32,000 bases of DNA from positions 1 to 32,000 of the forward strand of contig JAGLRQ010000079.1 in assembly GCA_023136205.1 (NCBI GenBank), given 5' to 3'. The position numbers were made by a program, and so were the translations under genes. The DNA is from Candidatus Auribacterota bacterium (lineage in GTDB: Bacteria > Auribacterota > UBA6266). Below, one piece after another: positions 8,897-16,864 of the stretch (positions within the stretch are counted from its first letter, which is position 1; each line of letters begins with the position of its first letter). A model generated the notes under the pieces. The model had not been told where the DNA came from. It did not search any database and worked only from the letters and a program-made list of their open reading frames with translations.

Positions 8897-9975
8897 AAGA
8901 GATTATTCCTGAGAGTGATGTAAATATTCATTCTGATTGAAATCCAAAAGGAAGGTGAAAGCCCTTGCGGATATCCTTCTGATGCTGATTCAATCTGTTT
9001 AATGCCCCAACAATTTCTTACATTATTTTTTGTTCTTCTATATGCCTTTTTACCAACAATCATTTGAGCAACTCTTTTGTAAGCATCAGCGTAAGTTCTT
9101 TCTATATTACTTCTTCTTGAACGATGATAAAATATCTGGTTTTCCGTCGGAACGTCAATTCTTGGTATCCACCCATTCCCGCCGGCCTGATCACTCCTAA
9201 CTGGATGAATGGAAGCATAATCACTATAAACAATTTCCTTGTCGATGTTATCATTTACCCGAGTATAAAATTCTACTTCCTCAAGATTAAAAGTCCCATC
9301 ATCTTCGCCCCCAAATTCCGTTGGATTTTTAGGGTATGAGGTTGCAGATAAAACAAGCTTTTCAATGGAATAGTTTTCCAATTCTTTAATTAAACTTTTT
9401 GCCTTCGTTGCGTTATCTTCGGCTTTACCTTGTGTTATAAACCCGAAGTCCATAAGAACAATCAGCTTACTAATTAAGAGCGCCTCGTTAATAATATCGA
9501 GATCGTGTTTATAGTCTGGGTAATCTGCGGGGAAACGATAAACGAGAGATTCAAACTTCCCATCTAAAGCCTCTACCTGTTCTTTTAATCGTTCATTATA
9601 TTCTTTCTCATTAGAAACATCTTTATCGGATATTTGAATTGTGGGAATTATAGAAGGGAAATCTTCTTGAAGTTCTGTCACCAATGTAACCCATTTCCCA
9701 TAGCCCTTTGTAGTAGTTTGCAACCCTTCAATCTGTTCATTAATTAAATTTGGTTCTGTCGTTAAATCAAGAATAAAGCACCTATCCTCAAAAACTTCTT
9801 CCAATTTTCTCAACCTTCTGTAGATATCACCACCTTCCAAGTATTTCGTCCTTCGAGATTTTGTTAATTCCACTAACGGCGTGATCTTATCTTTCACATC
9901 ACTGGAAAGATTTTTTAAAGCTCTAAGTTCAGCGTCGGTCGTCTTAATTATTGGAATATAAGTAATATCGCTCAT
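8893..9975 (-). CDS. Beta_protein-family (PF14350-like; sce7725-like) protein
   Basis: The N-terminus YIPIIKTTDAELRALKNLSSDVKDKITPLVEL matches the family's Y.P.lK...gE..AL..L.....i.PL.E opening, and the size fits. Overlaps the ImmA gene stop by 4 nt. Confidence 0.55.
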   Translation of the reverse strand: MSDITYIPIIKTTDAELRALKNLSSDVKDKITPLVELTKSRRTKYLEGGDIYRRLRKLEEVFEDRCFILDLTTEPNLINEQIEGLQTTTKGYGKWVTLVTELQEDFPSIIPTIQISDKDVSNEKEYNERLKEQVEALDGKFESLVYRFPADYPDYKHDLDIINEALLISKLIVLMDFGFITQGKAEDNATKAKSLIKELENYSIEKLVLSATSYPKNPTEFGGEDDGTFNLEEVEFYTRVNDNIDKEIVYSDYASIHPVRSDQAGGNGWIPRIDVPTENQIFYHRSRRSNIERTYADAYKRVAQMIVGKKAYRRTKNNVRNCWGIKQIESASEGYPQGLSPSFWISIRMNIYITLRNNLF

Positions 9976-10523
9976 AAACCATGTCCTGACATTCCTAAAC
10001 TTTTTGCTCTTAGTCGCACAGTCAAAGTAGAAACCTTAAAGAATCTTGCCAAATCTTTAATTTCCTTAACCCCAGACCGTACTTGTTTTTTAAATTTATA
10101 TTCAGGCATTAATATTTCACTAGCAAATTCGTTAGCCTGCCATTCTGATCTTTTAGATTCTCCACCTCTAAAAAAAATCTTATCCTCAAAAATATGGCTT
10201 AAATGTTTATGCTTACAAAAATGACCTAATTCATGAGCAATTGTATATCTTTGCCTGTTGGGATGATGATAAGTATTCACTTGTATTCTCCATTGTCCCG
10301 ACTCTTCATCATAAAAAAGCTTGCCAGAAAGATCATCACTTAACTCAACAAACTCCACCCTAATACCAAGTTTTTTAGCTAAGTCTTCCACGTCCAAAGG
10401 GTCGCAATTAACTTCATGGGCCTTCGCGAAGCGTATCAATTTATCTGCAGTATCAATTAAAGCAATATCATTCTTATTGGCTTCTTGTCGGGTTAAAAAT
10501 ATTTTACGTCTTACTATTGCCAT
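9972..10523 (-). CDS. ImmA/IrrE-family (COG2856, peptidase M78) zinc metallopeptidase
   Basis: HEXXH motif in IAHELGHFCKH, followed by EWQANEFASEILMP, the typical ImmA/IrrE downstream block. No fused HTH. Confidence 0.85.
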   Translation of the reverse strand: MAIVRRKIFLTRQEANKNDIALIDTADKLIRFAKAHEVNCDPLDVEDLAKKLGIRVEFVELSDDLSGKLFYDEESGQWRIQVNTYHHPNRQRYTIAHELGHFCKHKHLSHIFEDKIFFRGGESKRSEWQANEFASEILMPEYKFKKQVRSGVKEIKDLARFFKVSTLTVRLRAKSLGMSGHGL

Positions 10524-11162
10524 TTAGCCCTTCCTTTTCTTTGGAAAACTCTGGCCTCTCAGGTGTTTCCTTCCCTGATGCGGCGCATCTGTATCCTTAA
10601 CTTCATCATAACTTCTTGCATTTAATGTTTTTTCGAGAAATTCAATTCTATCTTCTAGGTTAAGCACTTGCATTAATTCATCCGAATTTTTAAATTCTGT
10701 AAATTTCATATCTATAATATTTTTTAAAATAATCTGAAATGATTCACTACACTCCAAAGCCTCATTAGCCAACTCTCGAGCTTGGTGTCTTGATGAAAAA
10801 TACACATACATAAAACTAACAGCCATTAAAACACCAATAACACTTAATAATAATGTTATTATAAGTTCATAAAAATCTGTTATTTCTTGAGTATAAAATT
10901 CCAATGAATGGTTATATTTACTCTCGGTTAAAATTGCTCCTTTTTCTTGTTGCGGGCTCGGAGTTTTTATTTGTAATTCTTTGAGGTCTTTTTCATGGAC
11001 ATTTGTATTAACTGTCTGTTCTTCTTGAGTTTTTAGAGATTCTGAAGCCAAAGAAGGTGTTACATTCAGGAAATATCCCATAAACATAGCATATGTTACG
11101 CTGATCAAAAACAATACAGTGCAAAACAATATTTTCGATGAATATTTCTTTTTCTTATCCAT
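10524..11162 (-). CDS. Two-TM membrane protein, first gene of the ImmA/Beta operon
   Basis: TM segments ILFCTVLFLISVTYAMFMGYFL and LIITLLLSVIGVLMAVSFMYVYF, with a basic C-terminal tail. The stop codon abuts the ImmA start with no gap (10524/10523). Confidence 0.6.
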   Translation of the reverse strand: MDKKKKYSSKILFCTVLFLISVTYAMFMGYFLNVTPSLASESLKTQEEQTVNTNVHEKDLKELQIKTPSPQQEKGAILTESKYNHSLEFYTQEITDFYELIITLLLSVIGVLMAVSFMYVYFSSRHQARELANEALECSESFQIILKNIIDMKFTEFKNSDELMQVLNLEDRIEFLEKTLNARSYDEVKDTDAPHQGRKHLRGQSFPKKRKG

Positions 11163-11470
11163 TAAGAATCCTTAATATATGTGTTTATTGAGATTGTCAA
11201 TTATTTAACTATTATAATCACTAGTGTCTAATTAAGAAATGTTCCATTTACGTAAGGTGTTAATATATTGATAGCAACAACAAAATTTAGATTTTTCGAC
11301 TTGAAACGATTTTTGTTAAACCATTTTTTGTTCCGACGACATAGACGATAACATACACACCCTAACCATCTAATAATATTACACGCGATCTTATTTAGCA
11401 AGAAATCTTAATGGCCCCCCTTTGTTGTAACCACTTTTCTTTCATGCTAAAATATCTAAATGAGGGAATA

Positions 11471-12352
11471 ATGAGTTTTGATTTCAATCCAAATATAAGA
11501 AAGTTTTCATTTAAAAATGCTTTAATACTCGCTGAAGCATCGGAATTAGCCTACAAATCACGAGCGGAATATAAAAAGATTCTTAAAGAAAAGTGGGGAT
11601 TCTCGGATATTTACCCCCTGGATAAAAATGAGACCCAGGGTTTTGTTGCAAAGAAAGAAGATATGATATTAATTGCTTTTCGGGGGACGGAAGAAACAAA
11701 GAATGAAGATATATTTACAGATATACTGGCGTGCCAGACAAAAACAGAACTGGGAAAAGTCCATTATGGGTTTTTACGGGCCCTTAAAGCTGTCTGGAAG
11801 GACGTGCTGACAACAGTTAAGAATTATCAGGACAATAATCAGCCTGTATGGATTACAGGACATAGCCTGGGAGGGGCTTTAGCCGCCCTTGCTTCCGCCA
11901 AGCTCGCATCAATAAATGCATGTCAAAAGATTACCGGGGTATATACATTTGGACAACCAAGAGTAGGAGATAAAAACTTCAAAGAAAATTTTGAAAGGTT
12001 ACTTCCAGGCGGAACCTATAGAGTTGCCAACTTTAAGGATCCGGTTACTCTGGTGCCATTGAATATTAATTTAAAAATATGGGAAAAACGCATAATCTTT
12101 CAATACGATCATGCGGGTAAAATTATATTGTTTAATGAAGCCGGGGAAATAGCTGAATCCGGTGATTTGGTTACGCGATGGGTGTTAATTTGGGTAGCTG
12201 TTTTAGGTTTTGTAGTTGCGTTGATTGTAAAAATGTTGAGAAAAATGAAATTAGCAGAGGGATTGTTAAAATTGTTTAAAAATCCGGCAACCCCGCATGG
12301 GCTAGATCAATATAAAGAAAATATTATTAAAAATTTAGCACACAACAGGTAA
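11471..12352 (+). CDS. Class-3 lipase family alpha/beta hydrolase with C-terminal TM helix
   Basis: Nucleophile elbow GHSLGGALA; AFRGTE and FGQPRVGD blocks typical of Lipase_3. C-terminal WVLIWVAVLGFVVALIV. GAGGGA RBS before the ATG at 11471. Confidence 0.8.
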   Translation: MSFDFNPNIRKFSFKNALILAEASELAYKSRAEYKKILKEKWGFSDIYPLDKNETQGFVAKKEDMILIAFRGTEETKNEDIFTDILACQTKTELGKVHYGFLRALKAVWKDVLTTVKNYQDNNQPVWITGHSLGGALAALASAKLASINACQKITGVYTFGQPRVGDKNFKENFERLLPGGTYRVANFKDPVTLVPLNINLKIWEKRIIFQYDHAGKIILFNEAGEIAESGDLVTRWVLIWVAVLGFVVALIVKMLRKMKLAEGLLKLFKNPATPHGLDQYKENIIKNLAHNR

Positions 12353-12374
12353 AATAAGAAAAATAATACTATTT

Positions 12375-13826
12375 TTATCTTTTTTGAGCTTTCTTTTGAT
12401 ATTCTTTTTGTCTGAGGATTAGCTCATCTGATGAAAAGCATATATCGAGTTCGTCTTCGTGTTCTAATAGCTGCGAAGAAATAAGAAAGTTATACTGTCC
12501 ACCATTGTCAGACTGGTTTGCTCCAACACTGTAGATTTTCCACGAGCCGTTTTCCCCGATATATTTGAAGGGTTCATTACCTTTGCTGAATGGATCTTCA
12601 GGTATTTTATCTATATACTCAGGGGACAGTTCCAATAAAGAAGCAGGCGGGTTTCCGTTGTTTTTATCCTGGTAAAGTCTCACTGCCAGAAATAACGCTG
12701 TTCCTCTCAGGTTAGCTAAATGACGGTTGTAATATGAAAGGGCATTATTAAGTGCCGGAATGTGCAGAGACACAAGCATTCTGCCTACAGGGTCGCCGGA
12801 AAATAACATTAAAAAGGGATGCTTTGCATGCTTTTCAATATATTGCAGAATTTCTGTGTTAAAGCGGTCCGGATCATACGGACCTGATGCTATATCGATT
12901 AAATGGGAATATACTGCATCAAGGGTTTGATTTATTTTTTCAGGCGTGCTCCCAAGAGCATCTGCTACCGCTTTTCGCATAGATATTTTACCGGAATGAT
13001 TGACGTTTTGTTCTTTTAAATCAGCTATCAACAACCATCCTGCCGGGAAGGTTTGATTAACTTTAAAGATTGCGAGCTTTGTTGTATCTGTGATATTTTT
13101 GGCTGCCATACGCTCGTATCGTAATACCTCGGCAAAAGGCTCGTTTTTTTTATCAATCTGTCCAACCATTGATATCATAGAGTTTAAAACGCTTTCAGGT
13201 GCCTTATGTTGGAGAACAACCTTTCTCATGCTCTGGCATGCCACATTAGTGCATACTGTATCAACAAGGTAGTTGATAAGACATCCGCCGCGACTCAAAT
13301 GGTCTCCTACAATAAGCATTGTTTTGTAGCTGTCTAAAACAGATTGCCAGTTCCCTTTTGCAGCATCCCTTTCAGCTATAAAAGATAATACTTTAACCTT
13401 GTCACGGATGGGAGAGAGATAAGGAAGCAGTGTTTCAAAAGATATGGCGGTAGCAACCTGGCATTCCTGTATTTCTGCAGCTTTCCTGCAGAGTGCAACC
13501 TCATCAGCATTATTATCAACCCATTTTTCAAGAAGAGGATACTTTCCTTCTTCCCACTCGTATGCAACAAATCTATCATATTCTTTGCTAGCCTCTCCTA
13601 TTTCATTGTCACTGCTGTTTATTTGCCGGATATAATAAAATGCATTATCTTCCGTGATATCCTCGTCGTAAAGAATGGGGCGTGAAGGCTCAAGCTGGAC
13701 TTCAGCCAGAAGCTTGGGCCAGGGCAGCATGTTTCTGCAAACCACAAACAGAGATATAATAGATATAATTAATATTACGACAATTTTCAGAATTGTTTCT
13801 AAAATTACTTTAAGGACATTTTTCAT
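12375..13826 (-). CDS. N-terminally anchored hypothetical protein (about 480-500 aa)
   Basis: Long ORF with a TM helix (IVVILIISIISLFVV) and no recognised domain. Alternative ATG at 13883. Confidence 0.55.
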   Translation of the reverse strand: MKNVLKVILETILKIVVILIISIISLFVVCRNMLPWPKLLAEVQLEPSRPILYDEDITEDNAFYYIRQINSSDNEIGEASKEYDRFVAYEWEEGKYPLLEKWVDNNADEVALCRKAAEIQECQVATAISFETLLPYLSPIRDKVKVLSFIAERDAAKGNWQSVLDSYKTMLIVGDHLSRGGCLINYLVDTVCTNVACQSMRKVVLQHKAPESVLNSMISMVGQIDKKNEPFAEVLRYERMAAKNITDTTKLAIFKVNQTFPAGWLLIADLKEQNVNHSGKISMRKAVADALGSTPEKINQTLDAVYSHLIDIASGPYDPDRFNTEILQYIEKHAKHPFLMLFSGDPVGRMLVSLHIPALNNALSYYNRHLANLRGTALFLAVRLYQDKNNGNPPASLLELSPEYIDKIPEDPFSKGNEPFKYIGENGSWKIYSVGANQSDNGGQYNFLISSQLLEHEDELDICFSSDELILRQKEYQKKAQKR

Positions 13827-14019
13827 TTTATATAATCTGTTCTTTAAGGTGCTTAAAAAAACGAGTAGGGTAATAAATACCATATATACATGTTCGGGTC
13901 AATATGGATAGGAAGATTTGAAAGGAGATATAAAAAAAGGAAGAAAAAACAGGAGGTTTCTCACATCCCAATTTCTCTCCTAAAAAATTAAATCACTAAC
14001 CCCACCCCCAACATTTCTT

Positions 14020-14049
14020 TTGACCTGAGACATATAATTGTTTCATAAT
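14020..14049 (+). promoter_or_regulatory. Candidate sigma70-type promoter for the repeat-protein gene
   Basis: TTGACC (14020-14025), 18-nt spacer, CATAAT (14044-14049), about 45 nt upstream of the ATG at 14092. Such matches occur often in AT-rich DNA. Confidence 0.3.
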
Positions 14050-14091
14050 ATGCACAGTTGTTATAAATATTCCCGAGGACACAGGAAAAAA

Positions 14092-15093
14092 ATGAAAAAG
14101 ACTGAAAAAATAAAATATGAAATTGACCCGCATAACAGGCTCATCTTCACAAAAACAGGAAGAAAGTCAAAACTCCCCAAGTACAGAGAAGTTATTGACG
14201 GCAGAATCAAAATAGATAAAAACAACTCTTTTATCTACCATGTAAAGCAACCTCAAGATTCTAAACTTCCCCAACAGGTTAAATTTTCGGGGAAATGGTA
14301 CTTAAATAAGAATCATGATCTTGTACTTACCTTAGATAAGAAACATAAGATGTATGCCGGAGATAAGCTCACAATAAAAGGGGAGATAAAAGATGCAAAA
14401 GCAAATAAGCTAGTGTTCTCTGTTGCAGCAAAAGATATTTTGAATCAACCTCGGGAATATATCTTAAACCTTAGCGGCAGTTGGCAAGCTGACAAATATA
14501 ACCGTCTGACATTCAACGTAAAAAGAAATAAAGGCATAACAGACATATTAACTTTTAAAGGTGGCTGGAGCATTAATAAACAGAATCAGATTATATATAC
14601 TTATGAGAAAGCACATTTAAAAACCAAGAAAAGGGTAACTAAGACTATAAACTTTAAAGGGCATTGGAATATAACGGAAAAACACAGAATTTTATACGTT
14701 TTAAATAAAAAAATAGATTCACAATTTGATTTTAAGGTAAGTCTGGGAAAACCGCTTAAAAGAGGGCTTCAATATAAAATAGGGATAGGAAGTGTTCCTT
14801 CTAAGGAAAAGATAACTCTCTTTGGGGAATGGAAGGTAAATAGAAGATTAGGTGTTTTGTTTGAAATGCCGTATGAAAAAGGAATCCTTCAAAGGATTGT
14901 TTTTGGAGCAAGCTGTAAACCGGGTAAAAACAGCACTATTGAGTTTAAACTGAGAAACGAACTAGGAAAAGATCTGGGAATGGATATTAAGCTTTCAAAA
15001 AAAATACTAAAAGATCAGGGTGAGATTTTCCTGCGCGCTATCACATCAAAAAAAGAGAAGCAATTTTTAATCGGCGGTGGGTGGAGATGGTAG
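14092..15093 (+). CDS. Lys-rich protein built from at least 7 degenerate beta-hairpin-like repeats; function unknown
   Basis: Recurrent unit h-x-G-x-W-x(2,3)-[ND]K-x-N-x-L-x-F/Y-x-h: FSGKWYLNKNHDLVLTL, LSGSWQADKYNRLTFNV, FKGGWSINKQNQIIYTY, FKGHWNITEKHRILYVL, LFGEWKVNRRLGVLFEM, plus weaker copies. AGGA lies upstream of the ATG at 14092. Confidence 0.6.
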   Translation: MKKTEKIKYEIDPHNRLIFTKTGRKSKLPKYREVIDGRIKIDKNNSFIYHVKQPQDSKLPQQVKFSGKWYLNKNHDLVLTLDKKHKMYAGDKLTIKGEIKDAKANKLVFSVAAKDILNQPREYILNLSGSWQADKYNRLTFNVKRNKGITDILTFKGGWSINKQNQIIYTYEKAHLKTKKRVTKTINFKGHWNITEKHRILYVLNKKIDSQFDFKVSLGKPLKRGLQYKIGIGSVPSKEKITLFGEWKVNRRLGVLFEMPYEKGILQRIVFGASCKPGKNSTIEFKLRNELGKDLGMDIKLSKKILKDQGEIFLRAITSKKEKQFLIGGGWRW

Positions 15094-15266
15094 CAAACAA
15101 ATTCCGGTGATACAATACCCCATTACCCAAATATCTTCTCCCTCTTATTTTTGCAACAAAAAATCGTTCTACCCCGGGGGTGAAATGGTTCCGTTTATAT
15201 TAATTTTTCCCCTTGATTTCAATTTGGTTTTATTGTAAAGTCGTCCCGCAAAGAAGGAGATATAGC

Positions 15267-15785
15267 GTGGGAAATGCAGAGGCAGAAGAAAAACTAGTAG
15301 AAGCCCCTAAATTATCGGTAAAACCTATAGAGGCTCAAAAAAAAGAGCCAGAAATGGCTATAGAGGGTAAAAAGTTTTTAACACCAGTAACTGGTAAGTA
15401 TACAGATGAAATTATAGAAGAAGTGGCCAAAATATCTATAGATGAGTTAGATCAACCAGGTGGGTGGAAAAAGTTGCTTATTGCAATGTATAAAGAAAAA
15501 GCTTATGAAAACAGAACACTTCAGGACAAGGTTAATGCATTAAATATTACAAATTCTGATTTGGGTAAAAAATTAGGAGTGGCCAAAGAAAGGCTTCGGC
15601 ACACAACTGGTGTAGGAGTCGCGTTTGGGATTTTATATATAATTGCGGGAGCTATGTTAGCATATCTGGCCTCTTTGCCAGATAGTTTAATTAGGACAAT
15701 ATTATTTTGGTTGGCAATAGGAATATTTGTAGTGTGTACTGGTTATCATCTTTGGAATAGCAAAAAGCAAAAGGATGTTGAATAA
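15267..15785 (+). CDS. Hypothetical protein: charged/coiled N-terminal region plus two C-terminal TM helices
   Basis: AAGGAG lies 7 nt upstream of the GTG at 15267. TM segments GVGVAFGILYIIAGAMLAYL and ILFWLAIGIFVVCTGY. Confidence 0.5.
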   Translation: MGNAEAEEKLVEAPKLSVKPIEAQKKEPEMAIEGKKFLTPVTGKYTDEIIEEVAKISIDELDQPGGWKKLLIAMYKEKAYENRTLQDKVNALNITNSDLGKKLGVAKERLRHTTGVGVAFGILYIIAGAMLAYLASLPDSLIRTILFWLAIGIFVVCTGYHLWNSKKQKDVE

Positions 15786-15799
15786 ATGGAAAGCTTAAA

Positions 15800-16189
15800 A
15801 TGAGTGAATCAATAATTGGTGCTTTTGAGATAATTGGGATAAGAGATGCTGGTAATCTGGCAGAGGAAAGAGTATTGTTCCGAGCGATAGAGCCTGTATC
15901 ATTAGAGTATTATGTTGTTGTTAATGTGAAAACGACTAATGGAAATAAATTAATTATTCTTAATGATAAAATATTTTGGTTCCCAATTATGTCTGTTAAT
16001 CCAGGCGAGTTTGTTAGGTTATATACCAAGAGTGGTTCATATGCAAAAACAACATCGACATATGGTCAACTACCCGCCACATATCATAATTATTATTGGG
16101 ACTTAAGTGCTCCTATATGGGATGGTGTGAAGTCTAACGCAGTTACTATCTTTAAGGTGAGCAACTGGAACACCGCATATCAACCTTAG
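15800..16189 (+). CDS. Small soluble beta-rich protein, possibly lamin-tail-domain (LTD)-like
   Basis: Starts 14 nt after the previous gene. The pattern EERVLFRA...YYVVVN...FWFPIMSVNPGEFVRLYTKSG...IWDGVKSNAVTIFKVSNW resembles LTD strand order. Assigned by eye only. Confidence 0.35.
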   Translation: MSESIIGAFEIIGIRDAGNLAEERVLFRAIEPVSLEYYVVVNVKTTNGNKLIILNDKIFWFPIMSVNPGEFVRLYTKSGSYAKTTSTYGQLPATYHNYYWDLSAPIWDGVKSNAVTIFKVSNWNTAYQP

Positions 16190-16247
16190 GAAGAGAAAAA
16201 TAATTACTTCATTACTATAAAGCCAGTTGCGAAACTCGTCTTACAAG

Positions 16248-16480
16248 TTCCAGGAACACAACACCTAATCACCCAAACAACCCCTCCCTCACACAAACCT
16301 CAAAAACATCATTCCTCAACCTAATTTTCTTAATTTGAGATTTTGGTATCCAGATTTTCTCCACATTTTCAACCAAAATTGCCTTTTCAGTTTCGTGGAG
16401 TATTCTACCCTGAACCCAGATATATTTTGGTTTTGGATATAACAGTCTGTAAACATTTAAGGAAAAAGGAGTCAGCACCC
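16248..16480. repeat. Direct repeat copy 1 (about 225 bp, roughly three-quarters identical to 18253-18475)
   Basis: Nucleotide similarity spans the 72-aa gene and continues about 20 nt past its stop (TTCCAGGAACACAACACCTAATCACC versus TTCCAGCGACACAATACCCAATCACC). Confidence 0.7.
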
Positions 16481-16487
16481 TTTTCAA
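16269..16487 (-). CDS. Small conserved hypothetical protein, paralog A
   Basis: About 75% identical by eye to ORF 18274-18477 (YIWVQxRILHETxKAILVENVEKxWIxKSQIxKIRLRNxVFEVxVREG). Confidence 0.6.
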   Translation of the reverse strand: MKRVLTPFSLNVYRLLYPKPKYIWVQGRILHETEKAILVENVEKIWIPKSQIKKIRLRNDVFEVCVREGLFG

Positions 16488-16624
16488 ACTATTAGTAATT
16501 TGCTTACCAATTTTATAAGTTCATGTTTTTCTGCATATTTTGTTCAAATGGGCGAGAATTAAACATAAAAAAAGCGATGATTTATTCTCTTCGCTTTTGT
16601 TAGACAGAAATTAGCCTTGTATAG

Positions 16625-16810
16625 TTATGCCTGTAAGCTCTTTTTTTCTATTGAGTCGCGGAACTTTTGAAAGTTAATTCCATAATCGTAATGTTCTAAA
16701 TCTAGATGATCCCTATTAATCCACAAACAATCTCCCCATACACACCTTTCAACACCAGTGAAGGAATCATACTCTACACCAAATCTTTTACATTTTGGAC
16801 ATCTTTTCAT
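16625..16810 (-). CDS. Small zinc-ribbon protein (CPKC...C..C)
   Basis: MKRCPKCKRFG...ERCVWGDC; 61 aa; lies 54 nt downstream of the deaminase gene on the same strand. Confidence 0.45.
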   Translation of the reverse strand: MKRCPKCKRFGVEYDSFTGVERCVWGDCLWINRDHLDLEHYDYGINFQKFRDSIEKKSLQA

Positions 16811-16864
16811 TCCTTCTCCTATAATTAATTATACGTATACAACTATAATAAGCAAGTTTTTTAA

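Noticed and set aside
11190-11225. TTGAGA/TTGTCA ... TATAAT promoter-like hexamers upstream of the lipase gene
   Set aside because: Several alternative spacings are possible and the site is about 250 nt from the start codon. Such matches are too frequent in AT-rich DNA to call.
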